From Antedon mediterranea (Eukaryota; Animalia; Echinodermata), in contig NC_092672.1 of the NCBI RefSeq assembly GCF_964355755.1, forward strand, positions 38,136,437 to 38,200,436: DNA of 64,000 nt. Direction: 5' to 3'. Positions 13,301-28,300 of this stretch are shown here, one piece after another. A program made the position numbers and the translations under genes. The notes under the pieces were generated by a model. That model was not told the DNA's origin and did no database searches. It saw only the letters and a list, made by a program, of their open reading frames with translations. The number at the start of each line of letters is the position of its first letter. Positions within the stretch are counted from its first letter, which is position 1.

Positions 13301-16300
13301 GCGGATTGTAATATTCGTAACGGTGAACGAGGCTGTTACTGTAGAGATGGCTGGACGACTGGTGAGGATGGCAGCTGTAGTAGAGGTAAGTTATAATATC
13401 GTTACTTGTACTTAAAAAGACGTGGTATAGGTATCTAAGACAATATTCAAATATTCCATGTTTATAGACTCTAGCTCTTCAAACTTTGTTTTATGTTTCA
13501 GCTCCTGCATATTGTACAGTCTGGGGAGATCCCCACTATTTGACATTCGACGATAGACGACACAACTTCCAAGGAGTTTGTGAGTACACTCTTGTCACCG
13601 ACTGTAGAAATGATAACAGTCAACGCCCAAGATTCCAAGTGACCGGACTCAACGTCAAGAACAAACCATCTCAACGTGTGTCTTATACACGACAAATAAA
13701 CTTCCATTATGCTAACCACACATTTACGCTGTTACAACGTGGTGAGGTTCGCTACAATGGTGTCACTTTTACACCTCCACTCAGTACCAGCGATGGTGTT
13801 TATATAATCAGCAATGGTGTATACGTGGTAAGATGTTTTATTGACAATTAGTTTACATACATTTTATTTGCACTGTATTTGTAACTCGAGAGATTAACTT
13901 CATTTTGTTATTTTTATTACTCAGTTACTTTGGACCGATTTTAACTTGGTTATCCGATGGGACGGATCCAGTACTGTAGAGATTCAACTACCATACGAAT
14001 ATTGGAACACCACTTGCGGACTATGCGGTGATTTTGACAGTAATAAAGGAAACGATTTAGACTTCCAACGAGATGGTTCACCAGTAAGATAATATATTTG
14101 TTGAATTGTTTTATATTTGACATTGTCTTCGTCTATAATAAGACATTAAAATCATATTAATTTTATTTATTTAGGCTAGAGACGAGGTAGAATTTGGAAA
14201 CAGCTGGGTTGTTGAAGGAACAGAATGTGACGATTCTGGTATAATTATTGTCGATCCGTGCTCAGAAGAGGAAGCACCTTATAAGGCAGCTGAAGATCTC
14301 TGTTATGCATTGATCTCGCCCACAGGTGCTCTTGTAAGTTGTCATGAGATTGTTGATCCTGACAACTACTACGAGGCATGCCTTTACGATCTCTGTGCAA
14401 CGCTGCCGGACGACAATATATTATGTGGCCATTTACAAGAATATGCACAAGCATGCCGAGAACGTGGAGGTTCACCTGGAAATTGGCGAGAGGAAACACC
14501 TCAGTGTCGTAAGTATAAACATAATAATGTGTTTACATACGAAATACAATATCACCTGTCCATTACGAATGTTTATTTCAAGGTGTCATGTTTATTACTT
14601 CCTAAGCTATGGAATGTGAAGCTGAAAGAGTGTACAATCCATGTGCTACTGCTTGTCCATTGACTTGTGCCGACTCTGATGGAACTGATGATTGTCCAGG
14701 TGCGTGTATTGAAACATGTGAATGTCCAGAAGGAACCGTGTTAGATGGAAATACGTGTATTGCACCATCTCAGTGTGGTTGTTCACAAGGTGGATTTTAC
14801 TACTCGGTAAGAATTTATAAATTTTTAGGACGCTTTATTCAAAGTGCTCGTTTTCTCCAAAGTATCAGAAATGATTTAATGTCCATGGCTTGCTAACTAA
14901 CTAGTATATTGTACTATATTTACTGTAGCCTGGAGACAGTTGGATAACTGAAGACTGTTCACTGTCCTGCCAGTGTGTTGATGGTCGTGTAGAATGCGTA
15001 GCAGAAAATTGTGATTTGAATGCGGATTGTAATATTCGTAACGGTGAACGAGGCTGTTACTGTAGAGATGGCTGGACGACTGATGAGGATGGCAGCTGTA
15101 GTAGAGGTAAGTTATAATATATTTTTTTTTGTCTAATAATAATTCTATGTAATTTGACATATTTTGTTTTCACATAGTAAATTGTCGTTTTTAAAATACA
15201 TGGTAAACCAGATAATATAATATGATTTGATATTATATTTTATTTTTTCTTATAGCTCCATCGTTTTGTACAATATGGGGAGATCCTCATTACGTTACAT
15301 TTGACAATAAACGCTATGACTTCCAAGGCGTTTGCGAGTATACATTAGTAACACATTGTGGACAACAAGATGGTCTAGAAGATTTTCAACTAAAAGGACA
15401 TAACTTCAAACGTAATCCGTCAGACAACGTGTCCCGTCTTCGTTATATATCACTTGCATACAATAACCATTCATACAATTTGGGAGAAAATAGCGACGTT
15501 CTGTTTGATGGAGTTCTTGTTACTTTACCACTGCTTATCGATAACGTTTATGTGGTTTCTAGTGGTGTTTACACTGTAAGTAAATGCATTTAACTTCAGA
15601 TAAAATGATAAAATATTTAAAGATAGACTACATTAACTTCACATTTATTTATCTCTATTTCTGTACAATTACAACATTAACATAGCCTACATCGTAATAA
15701 TGTAATTTGTGTGGTTGTAAAACCCTCTTTACGAAGAAAAACAAAAAAATTACATGATTCACACACATAGAAAAAAAAAGTTATTTGAGTTTCATTTTTT
15801 AAAACATTTATAGGTTGAAAATATAGACAAAATCATCCAAACATTATATATTGTTTTATTAGACGTTGTGGACTGGATTTGGTTTGGTCGTTCGATGGGA
15901 TGGAAAGCATGCAGTTGAAGTACAACTAGCATACAACTATCACAACACAACTTGTGGCCTGTGTGGAAACTACAATGACTATCCACTTGATGATATCATT
16001 TATAAAAGTGATGCAACAATGGTAGGCTAAGTCTATAGTTTCAGAAGTCCCAATACCCAACTCTCTGAAAACTGTAAACTTCTCCCAACTTCTTAAGGTC
16101 AAAGGGTATTTTAAAATCATATTAACACACTCAGAATACCAGAATTTCTTAAAAACCAGACATATTAGCCTAGAGTTGACTGTTATAAGCAAATAACTAC
16201 AATTGGAAGATCTCAACTCTCAACTTTTGAGAGTCAATGCAACATTACTGATTTGATCTAATGTGTTTTTTGACATTATAGGATGTAGGCCTACAACACA

Positions 16301-19300
16301 GAAAACGCATATAGATAGAATTCATGCAATTATCCTATTTCAGGCTGATAGCGCATTGGACTTTGGAAATAGTTGGGTGGTCGATTCTACAGTTTGCGAC
16401 GATTCTGGAGTAATAATTGTTGATCCATGCTCAGTTGATTCGGATACATACAAGACTGCCCAAGACATATGCTATGCTCTGATATCACCTAATACGCCAT
16501 TAGCAGCCTGCCATGAATATCTAAATGTAACTGCGTATTACAACGCTTGTGTGTACGATATGTGTGCTAGCCTACCTGAAGATGATTTGTTATGCGACAG
16601 CTTTGAGGAGTATGCCCAGGCATGTAGAGAGCGTGAAGGCGATCCAGGAGATTGGCGCCAGGATACTTGCCGTAAGAGTTTGCTAAAATAAATCCTATCA
16701 CAAAAGATGTCTTCAATAGTATCTATGATGAATATAAACATAGATATGATAAAGTTGTTTCCAATTATTGTATTCTTTCCTTCAACTTATTTGTTTTTAA
16801 TTCTAGCGTTTGAATGCCCTGATGATCGTGTATACAACCCGTGTGGGAGTGCATGTCCACAGACGTGCGCGCTGAATGACATCACTGACTGCCCTGGAGC
16901 ATGCGTAGAAACATGTGAATGCCGGGAAGGATATGTTCTCAGTGGCGATGAATGTGTTCAACTATCAGAATGTGGGTGTTTTGTAAATGGACTTTATTAT
17001 AAGGTAAGAATGTTTAGATTTTGTTTGACGATCTATCAATAACAAGGAGAACGCCCTCTATGTGTATAAATCTACACATTTTTTTGTAACTTGTATTTGA
17101 AAATGTCCTTTGAAATTACATTATTTATCAACATTAATGAAATTAATGAAATTGTATAACATTCACTTATAGGAATTTGGAAATAAAATGACTCGATTGA
17201 TTTATCGTTAGGCCTATTTGAATTAGCACTAGGTCTCCCTTCAAACCCTTCTCTTCATCTAAACTTTCTCCGCTCAGCCAGTTAGTTATATCAGCATTTT
17301 ATCAGCATTTTATCATATCATCGAGAGACGTTGATTTACAGTAGGCCTACTTTATAATAAAGTATATAAATTACTAAAACAGGATGGTGATGAATGGGTC
17401 GACAGCGACTGCGTCTCAAAATGTGTATGTGAAGATGGTATTGCTAATTGTGAGCCTCTGGTATGTCATGAGTTTGCAGAATGTCGGATTATGAATAATG
17501 TTAGAGACTGCGTGTGCAATGACGGCTTCAAGGGTGACGGATATAGCTGCACAGGAGGTAATACCGCATTAATTACTATCTATTATAATAAAACTCCAAG
17601 CAGACATTTGTTGATATATACAATATATTGTAGAGAGATAACCATGAATTAGTCAGTGCTCGTCCATTGTAAAGTAGCTCTTATTACTAATACAGTTTAA
17701 TATAATAAATATACAAGATACAAGTACAAGATAGTCTACTTTATTGTCAACATTTTACAATTTTGAGATATGTTTTGTAACAAGTGATAAATATATAAAA
17801 TAAATGAATGAATGAACTTTTAAATGTTACACTATACTACTAGGCCCACTGTGTGTTCTCACCAAATATTGTATTTACTCCAACAGCTTCGGCATTCTGT
17901 CGTGTGTGGGGTGATCCTCACTACAGAACCTACGATAGAGTGAAGTATGAATTCCAGGGTGTGTGTGACTACACTTTGACAAGAGACTGCAGTAATGACG
18001 TACAACAACGCTATGACGTCACTGTCACAAATTTCAAGAAAAACCCTGATGACAGAGTTTCGTTTACGCGAAAAGTTAAAATATCAATTGAAGAAGAGGT
18101 AACTTATTTTTATATTGAAAATATCGGGTAATTGATTTGTAAACGTTAGTTTACGCGCATGCCAATTTTCATCTACTTAGGTACGCGCGCACACAACCAA
18201 TCCGAGCTCAGCAATGTTCGATTCGCGCATTTTTTTTACTTGTGAAAATGTAAGCTTTAACAACTTAAACCAGTATTTATGTTCATTTGTCTTTAAAACT
18301 TTAAAATTTGTTCTCTTTATTAGCCATAAAAATACAAAAATACACAATCTGAGAAGGTAAGGAATAACCACAGTGTAAAATAATAACCACAGTGTAAAAT
18401 AATAACCACTGTTTAAAATATAATGTATTGTTTTCCAACAGATAATAGAAATGGAAGGTAGAGATGTATACGTCAATGATATCCTTGTTAACCTACCAAT
18501 CACATTGTCTTCTAGTGCGTTTATACGATATGAGGGACGCATGATTGTAAGTATCAAATACCAAGTCATATACCTCATCACACAGCCACACCATGGGGTG
18601 TGCCACTGTAATAAAATGTGGTATCAAAATAAGTGCTTACTTAGTAAAGCTCAGTCTACACTATCAAACCTTATGTGACAACAAAATGTGATGTGCCCAT
18701 TATGGACATGATGATGTCATATCACTACCATATATAAGCATATCACTACCATATTTGGGAACATAACACTTTTTTGTGACACTAGTTTGATAGTGTAAGA
18801 GTCTTTCTTTTGAAGACCATGGACCGTCCATGGTAACACCAATTAAGTACAATGAGTACTGCTAATGGTGCTTACTTTTGTTACAGGTTTTAAGGACTGA
18901 TCTTGGACTGGTGGTTCGCTGGAATGGTAGACACTCGGCTAGAGTCAGGTTGCCACCAGCATTCTTCAATCAAACATGTGGATTATGTGGCAATTTCGAT
19001 GGAAATTCTGACAATGACTTTACTTTACCAAATGGAATACAAGTAGGTTTTAAAGACATCATGCACAACACATTCTCTTTGTAGCCGAATCCGAAACCAA
19101 AGAAAATCTTTACAGCCTCAATATAAATATATATTTTATTTTTAGGCTGATAATGCGGATGATTTTGGTGATGGTTGGTTTGTTGATGACAGCTGCGATG
19201 CTACAGATTCACCAGATCCATGTCAAGGTTATGTAAATATTACCCAAGCTGAGAACATCTGTAAAATTATTCTAAATAAAGCAGGTATGATATACAGAAC

Positions 19301-22300
19301 TTAGTTTTTAGTTTGATGAACAAATGCATACATATGGCCTATATGTATATAATAAATGGCCTGTTATGCAACATTTCTAAAGCCTAGTCACACACAAACG
19401 AAGTCTGTCTTATCGTGGAGCAATTATATGGAATAGTCTCAATGTTGATACCCTTCCAAATTCAGTTAAGTTGTTTAAAACGTATCTGAAAAATGCATTG
19501 TAAAACATAATGGTATGGTAATCTACGATCTACATCCAACTTTTAAAATGGCTAAATACTATGTAAAATGTGTGTTTTATCACTATTATTTTAAGGTAAA
19601 TGAAATCCAAAAGATTTATTATGTATTACAGTTGAATCCCCATGAATTATACACTTCGATAAGGGTTTCCGTTTACACGGGAAGTACCGGTATGGTGTAC
19701 CCTAAATAGAGGTGTCAGATGAAGGGGATTCTGCTGTAATTGTTTCTTTTCAATTTCAATTTTTGTCGTTTCTGTTGTATTTATATGGTGTTGATTTTGT
19801 TGTTGTTTTGTAATACAGTATCACGAACTTGTGTAAAAACAATCAATATTGATTGAACGAGTTGTACTGCACATCAGTCTCGTGTCTAAATAAAGTTTAT
19901 ATATATATCAAACTTTATGTGACAACAAAAAGTGATGTGCCCATATATGGACACGATGATGTCATATTACTACCATGTTTGGGCACATCACACTTTTTAG
20001 TCTAACTAGTTTGATAGTGTAGACAGAGCTTAAGAAAGATTGAAGGTAGACTAGTATATGTATGTGTAACTTGGAATCATTTGGGAGGAAATAAATATAT
20101 TACATTCTTCACCCTCCTCTAAAAGATTGATCCTGCCACTGTTTAATACTATTAATGTCTAATTCCACTTTTACAGGTGCTTTTAGAAGATGTCATGAGC
20201 ATGTAGACCCGACACCTTTCTACGAATCATGTGTGTACGACGCATGCGCAACCTTACCAGATCAAGGAGTGATTTGCGATGACGTCAGTGCTTATGCAGA
20301 GGCATGTCGTGACAGTGACATTATTCCAGAGCCATGGCGACATGATGCATTTTGTCGTAAGTTAATATTTATGATTTAAAGAAATTATTGTATTATTTTA
20401 AGTATTACCGGCACAATCTTCATTTTAGTTAACTAGTAGTAGTGGACCTTTAGCTTGATGGTTAACGGACTTTCCTTCTAATCCCACTGTCCAGGGTTCA
20501 ATCCTGAAGTGGTGTCGGACCGGTTGTAAATCGCGTCTCTTTCTTCTACTCAATTCCCTAACCCTTAAATGTTTATTAGCCCGATACACATGCATAGATA
20601 ATCCGTCCTGTAATTGGCGAGTTTTTCACTTTTGTATGGGTATAAAATTGTCCCTCTTTTAACTCTCGTTGCATTTTCCTGTTGGACATAAATGAATGTC
20701 TTTTGCATTAAACAAACATAATGGTGTGATTTATGTGATTTTAGCATTTGGCTGCTCTGCCAACTCAATGTACAGCATCTGCGCACCTCCATGTCAAGAA
20801 ACATGTGCGCGGGATCAAAGTACCGACGGATGTGACGACACATGTGTGGAGTCATGTGAATGCAACGATGGATTCATTAAAGAATATGATGAATGTGTGC
20901 CTGTTGAAACATGTGGTTGCTGGAGTGTACAAGAGGGAGAGTATTATAAGGTATATGCGTTTATTTGTATTGTTAAGTAACGAAAAATCATATATGGATA
21001 ATTAAACGGCACTGTCTTCCGTTCCGTGAAACTGAACAAGTGTGAATATAGCTTTTTGTGACAAAAAAAGGTGTTGTGCCCATATATGGATATGATGATG
21101 TCATATTACTACCATATTTAAACATATCACTACCATATATGGGCACATCACATGTTTTTGTCACATAAAGTTTGATAGTGTAGACAGAGCTTAATCGTTG
21201 TGCCTATGTGTAATATTTGAAATTAAACAATACTACTTAATCTACATTACGTGCGCTATGAAGTAAAAAGTAACATAAATATGATTTTCTATCCAGGCAA
21301 ATGAAACAAGGGTCGTGCAATCTTGCACTCAGGAATGTACTTGTAACCCATTGGAATCTACAAATGTCACGTGCGTTGCTCTAACTTGCGACTCCAATGC
21401 TGATTGTGACATCATAGACGGAGTGCGTAACTGTTACTGTAACGATGGTTACCTAGGAGATGGTAAAAACTGTGAAGAAGGTAAGATATTAAACAAATCA
21501 TTTGACTTGAGAATGTATGTAAGGTTTCCATAATCAGTATCATTCACAATCATAAACATTCTGCAGTATCTTCATCCCATCATATGTGGACCTGTTGGCT
21601 CAGCAGACACAGTACTTAGATGTTTTTTGTCTCTAGACATGATACAGTTAGAGACTGTGTGAGGGTCTGGTAATTTGATTCGAATATATTTTCTTTAAAG
21701 CCTGTTTACCACTAAAGGCGAAAATATATTGGTCCGATTTTTAAAATTTCCTGAGCTCTGATTGGTTACAAGTTTCTGGGAATATCCAAGTGCATAATAA
21801 ACTCATCATCTGCTAGTGGCAAACCGGCTCTCTACCTCTAATTAGATTAGATTAGATTAATCTAACTTGAATATTCGAATTTTAAATGTGTAAAGCAGTG
21901 AATGGCAAAGCTTAAAACGCTTCAAATGCTTTTTTATGCGTTTGTGGTTTTGTGTGTATTTTATTTTTAATATTTGGTTTTGCTTTTGGTTTTGAATTTA
22001 AATTCTCTGATATAGGAAGAGTGGTTTTAATATAATAACTTTTTTGCTGGTTTTGAGAGCTGTGCACTGTAGTTTACCTATGCTTTCGAAATTTTCAATT
22101 TTAATTTATGTGAAATATGTTTTAGTCTTTACAACAATCCAATCTACAACCATTGGTGATTCAACTACTTTAGAAGATTCAACAACGTCAATTATAACTG
22201 AAGTTTTAACAGAAGTTTTTACAGAATATGAACCAACAACTTTCGATGAATCTACAACTATCGGTGATTCGTCTACTTTAGAAAAGTCAACAACGTCAAT

Positions 22301-25300
22301 TATAACTGAAGTTTTAACAGAAGTTTTTACAGAATATGAACCAACAACTGTCGATGAATCTACAACCATCGGTGGTTCAACTACAGTAGAAGATTCAGTA
22401 ACGTCAATTATAACTGAAGTTTTTACAGAATATGAACCAACAACTATCGATGAAGCAGCAACTATCGATGAATCAACAATTATTATCGATAAATCGACAA
22501 CTATCGATGAATCTACAACCATCGTTGATTCAACTACAGTAGAAGATTCAATAACGTCGATAATAACTGAAGTGTTTACAGAATATGAAGCAACAACTAT
22601 CGATGAAGCAACAACTATCGATGAAGCAACAACTATCGATGAATCAACAATTACTTTCGATAAATCGACAACTATCGATGAATCTACAACCATCGTTGAT
22701 TCAACTACAGTAGAAGATTCAATAACGTCGATAATAACTGAAGTGTTTACAGAATATGAAGCAACAACTATCGATGAATCAACAACTATTATCGATAAAT
22801 CGACAACTATCGATGAATCTACAACCATCGTTGATTCAACTACAGTAGAAGATTCAATAACGTCGATAATAACTGAAGTGTTTACAGAATATGAACCAAC
22901 AACTATCGATGAATCAACAACTATCGATGAATCAACAACTATTATCGATAAATCGACAACTATCGATTCGTTTACATATTTAACTACGGATATTGATTTT
23001 ACAACTCGTCCTACTATCCAGGTAGAACTAACGTCGTACGGTAAGTATATATAAATGTACATATTGGTGTTGGAAATACAACTATATTAAACCGGTGGAA
23101 ATTCAAATAACTCTTTATAACTCTAAATTAATTGGCATACTAACGTGTGTAAGTTTTCTATTTGTTACCACTAATATCTAATAGGCCTATCTAATGTAGA
23201 AGAAATCAAGTAGACCTAATTGGCATGGGGATTATTTTAATGTATTCTGTATTGTTTCAGACGTGATCCATTACGTACACAATAGTGTACAAGTACAATT
23301 AAGCTCTAACAAACTCAATAGACGCTTAAGACTCCGATATTAATATGCTTAAATATGTTGGTGGTTTCTATTTTAGAAAACGCCCTCCTTAATCGAATCG
23401 AGAGACCTTTAAATAACAGAAACGAATAAAGTAGACTTGCCCCAAGTCTGTACTTATTTCGAGGCTTTTCGATGTTTGTCTGAAATACAAACTCAATTAG
23501 TATACGTATGAAACGCCATATATGCCAAAATATTTATATTTTTACTAATATTAAGTCAAAACTCCGTCTGGAACACAGACTACGAATACAGTAGTAGGCC
23601 TATTCGGTTTGTCTCGATAAATGGAACAATGAAATGGTATGACGTGTATTCAACAACTATTACTAATATTGCTTTGTGTTTACTGAATGTAATGGGTGAT
23701 ATAATCATATATTTTCAGCTTTTTTTTCTCCCATTTGTGGCGTTAATTATTTTCAGCTTTTAATCTTTTCTTATATGTTTTTGTATAATATGCTACTTTA
23801 TTTCTTATACTAAACGATTTCTTTTATTACATTACTTTGTTATGATGCTTTTATTGACTAACCAAATCTTTTATTTATTTTGTAGAGTGATTATATATAT
23901 TTTATTATGTATAACTTGCTTGGTGTTATGCTGTGTATGTAATTAATGTTTGTAATCTTTATCAGAGAGCTTTCAATTTGCGATGAACAAACACAACTTC
24001 TACGCATGCGCACTATGAATTAGACTTGCCCCAAATCCGTATTTATTGTCTTTTTTATATTATTCCACCATTCGACGTTTCGATTTTTGTCTGAAAATAC
24101 AAGCTCAAGTAGTATACGTATGAAACGTCATATGTGCCAAAATATTTATCTTTTTACTAATATTAAGTCAAAACTCTGGAACCCCGACTAACTACGAATA
24201 TACATGACCAAATTGTTCATATGTTCGGTCGTCTGAAATCGAAAGCTTTCTGCATACGGTGTAGGCCCTAACCACACACAATATGCTGCATTTTAATATA
24301 GCAACCAATATCTTTCATAATGTTTTTTAAAAACATAAATGTTTGTAATATTTAATTTAGATCTGTTTCTAAGTTGAAACTATGAATGATACAAACGATA
24401 CAAAAATAAATGGGAAAGTTAATTTTTTGTATGTAGCAAGAAATTCGCTCATTCGATTGTGGTACAGAATGCATTTCTCCAACTTTATTTTATTATCATT
24501 TGAACATAGTTGCCATTGTTCCCAGTACTTTAACTTCTATTACTGGTATTGTAAGTGACACTATGAATGTACAGAACAACCTCTGGTCACCTCTTGACCA
24601 TTTTACTCAATGATTTACTAATGTTACGTTTTCTCTCTCAAATTTAACAGTTGTAACAACTAAAAAACCAACTACATTAGCACCGACCAGTGGCCCAACA
24701 ACAATTTCAGGTAGGCTCTATTGTGTTATGGTTTTCTTTTTAGTTTTTAATTTTACAAAACCCACAACCCACAGACGCAATGGCGTATACTGAGACGCGC
24801 AATTATCCAGTTTAAATGTTAGAATCATACTAGCGTCATTACGCAGTTGTGGCCCTTCCGACGTCCTGTTTCCTAACCAGACCTCACAGGATTTATACCG
24901 TACCGAGGCAATTGTGTATTTAAAAGATGTATTGTCCCCATGAAAACATAATTCTTAATCATTTTGTTTGGTTGAATATGCCATTTTAATGTCACATAGG
25001 CCTATTAGTTATCCACCTTGACCAAAAATTGGATCGAAAAAAAGATTGATCTACCTGAAAAAAAAACCATTTGTAATTTAAAGCAATACTAGTCAAGTTG
25101 GCTGTCAGCCAGTGGGTTTTTGGTTGAATTTAACCATTTTTCATGTTATTTTATAAGTGAAAACATTATTTTTTCCAGTTTTTTTTCTATGGAAGTAAAT
25201 AACTTGATTAATACTACAAAATAACCTATTCAAAGTCTGATATAATTAATCTTCTTTTTTCATGGTTTTGGGGGAAGTGTTATGATTGGGAAATTACTTA

Positions 25301-28300
25301 TTAACAAGGCGAATGTTTTTGAAATCTCAATCACGTCATCAAGTGAAGCTTGCTAAACGATGTATGGAAGTAATTTCTGGCACCGCTACCAAGTGTGCTC
25401 AGATCCTTATATTTACTGAAGTACACCTGGTGGCGATGTCTTAAAATACTCTGTTAGTACTTAAGTCGTAGCAATCCAGTGATGATGGTGAAGTTAGTAC
25501 TTGGTTTCGTCAGTTTTCTAGATTTGTTTCTTTGCTTTAACAATGTGGTACGCTTAAGTTGTCTTGCTCTTCTGATTACATCAACTGCTTACATTCAGTG
25601 ACTGTCTTGATACTCCGCATTTACTGATTACATCAACTACTTACATTCAGTGACTGTCTTGATACTCCGCATTTCTTCTTTACAGTACAGCACTTTTTAT
25701 TTAGAGAACTCTCCGTTAATTATGGTTATTTTATGTTAAGAGGTTTTCATTTAGGAATGTGGACCAATAAATAAATAAACTCAACAAGGTCTTTAGATTT
25801 GAGAACATATTGTTCATTGTTTGATTAGGCAAATTTTGATTGCACTTTTATAAGTTGGTCGAAAGTAAATTCAATACAGCAGAATAGTAGGTATAGAAAT
25901 TCTTTGTGTTGGCTTTTATACAACAAACTGGTGCGAGGATCAACGGAGTTGTTGACTTAGTTTATTTAAATAAAGTTGATTGAATGTTGAACAATTCGTT
26001 GTGGCCTACCCATTGACTGTATATTATTCTTCAAACATGCCAACAGATTCGACTTTTGTTCAGTTTTTCTAAGATCATATCAAGTATCTATGAAGATAGA
26101 ATTTAGTGTTCTAATTATCAACTTGCTCTACAAACTTTTCAGATTTTGTAATTTCCTTTCTTTTTTTAAAAAGCAAAAAAAAATGATCTCTCTTTAAAAA
26201 ATGTTGTTTTACCATGTATTAGCACAATCAGGGAAGAGTAAAACTACAATTCCACTCTTGCCTGCTAAAAGAAATGTTGGGAAACGCAAGGAATGCTTTA
26301 CTATACAGTACACAATAATGCTGGCAAAGTATCGCCTATTTAGATTCGGATGATATCGCAAAATGCACCGTTCCTATAGAATTAGTATTCAAAGGATCTA
26401 TTGAAAGAACTAGTGCTTGTTCGCCTTTGTTATTCGTTGCACAAAAGTCAGTTGTTTAAAGCGAAACAGGTAATGGAGCGTTCTAAAGTCAGGTTAATAA
26501 AGTTGTAAAGAGAGCTGGTTGAGCGTCATGACTCTATTCATTGATATTGTTTGTTTCCAATCCGGACTTAGTGGCGCGTTGCAAGCTACCAACTTAGTAT
26601 TATGTGAAATTTTAAAGCAAGCAAAAGTTGAAAATCAGCCAATTTATCAAGGTAGAACAATTTCAAAAATGTAAATAGATTTTGTTTATTTAACTTGGGC
26701 CTGCAAACCGTTTACTGTTCATTTTGTATAGGACGTGAATTGATATTGGCACAACTAAGTTTCTAACTAAGTGCGATTTACTAAAACTCATAAATATTAT
26801 TTTAAACCGCACCCCAATGAGTTGAAAAAGATATTAGATTTAACCTTAAAATGGATGTCCAATGTTGATCCAATGCCTAATTATAACTAAAGAATAAGGA
26901 GATCCAACAATTATTTTAAAATTTTTGTTTCTAGATCGCAAATTAAAAGTTAGTTTATAAACGTTTATTAGAAAAGTTTCGGGTCATACTTACGTTTCCT
27001 CTTCGAGTCTGTACCTTTCCAAGCAGCTTTAGTCACCGATATACAGAAACTGCCGCAGATCCTCGGCTATATGGAGGGAAATACAATTAATAAGGGTGTG
27101 ATTTACAAAAGACTTTCCTCAGCTATTCAAAGATTTTGAGTTCTATTGTTGGGTTCAGCACCTGATTGGTTGGTACAACCGCAACCAAATTGAATACAAT
27201 GTATAGGAGGACAGATGAATAGGGATTTGATTTAGCTTTAATCTGGTAGGACACGTTGCGTTTAACTGTTAGGATTCTATTATCTAACATAAATATGTAA
27301 TTCTTAGACTGACCTTTAATTAAACAGATACAGAAAGTTCTTCCGCATAGCTTAATAAAGTAATTTTTTGTATAATTTACTTCTTTTTTTATGTTGACCT
27401 CTTCAGTACAAGATACAGATCACAAAACATAACCACCCATTTCTCCAACATTCTGAAATGTTGGTCCGTCCAGAGAATAGTCATTCTTTCCTGGTCCCTC
27501 GAAATAAACCCTCTACCAGACTCAGAAGGAAGAACACAATTGCCTTCAGAATCTTGTAACATTTAAGGAAAATAGGAACGACAACCACCGTTCAGGCATT
27601 TGTGAACAAAACAGGATATCGACATTATAAAAACCAACTATGGTGAAAAATGTTGTACTTGTACACAATGGTACTACAAAACACTTGATGTGTTATATTG
27701 AAGTATAGGTACACAAAAAGTGCATTTTACTCAAAATCATCCATAAAATAAACCAAAATTTCATTTTAAGTCTTATATCAATTTTCTTTTTTCCTTGATA
27801 TGTTTTTGTTGAAATAAAGCAAATTGAGAGATTGCGTTTATAAAATGTGAACATTTAAACGAAAATTACATTTATGCTACACTTCTTATAAGGAAATGAG
27901 TTTGTAAAATAGTTATGTAGAACACTTTTGTACTTCACATGAAAAGGATCAAAATACCTTAGGACATGTGTACCGCTTGGACAGGTACGACCATTGTGTG
28001 AAGTCTTTACAACGAGAGTAGCATTGTGTTATAATACAAAAACAGACTCGGCTCTAACCTGTTCAAAATTGCTCATTTCCTTATAGTATTTTCTATACGA
28101 ATGCAAATGTACAACCCTGGTTCATGTTTGGCCCCCATGTATTCTGGATGGCATAATAAGTATGAATGCTGTTTACACAATGACGTCTGGTTTCTTTTAA
28201 ACCTATAGGCCCGTAATATCTTGATATAATTGTTTAAACTTTCATACGTAGAATGACTTTCTTACTTTATATGCGCGTAATCTTGAAAATAAAAGGGCGC

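Larger units (their letters stand above)
1..15120 (+). repeat. Tandem array of ~1722-bp genic units (about 8.8 copies in window, continues upstream)
   Basis: ORF track and sequence recur at 1721-1723-bp spacing; identity with the unit consensus ends 14 nt into the intron after 15106 (gtaagttataatat then diverges). Confidence 0.97.

Noticed and set aside
1-15120. Tandem cluster of separate small genes
   Set aside because: No start, stop or signal peptide per unit; splice phases join the units into one continuous ORF.
471-15160. Recurring 73-123-aa minus-strand and alternative-frame ORFs in the array
   Set aside because: Shadows of the real exons, repeated only because the unit is repeated; the 123-aa ORF appears or vanishes with an intronic A6/A7 slip.
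18817-18834. Short CATGGAC-C-GTCCATG palindrome as a second P footprint
   Set aside because: No flanking target-site duplication and too short.
22106-23062. 318-aa antisense ORF (VVDSSI repeats)
   Set aside because: Mirror of the repetitive mucin exon; staying open is a by-product of its codon composition.
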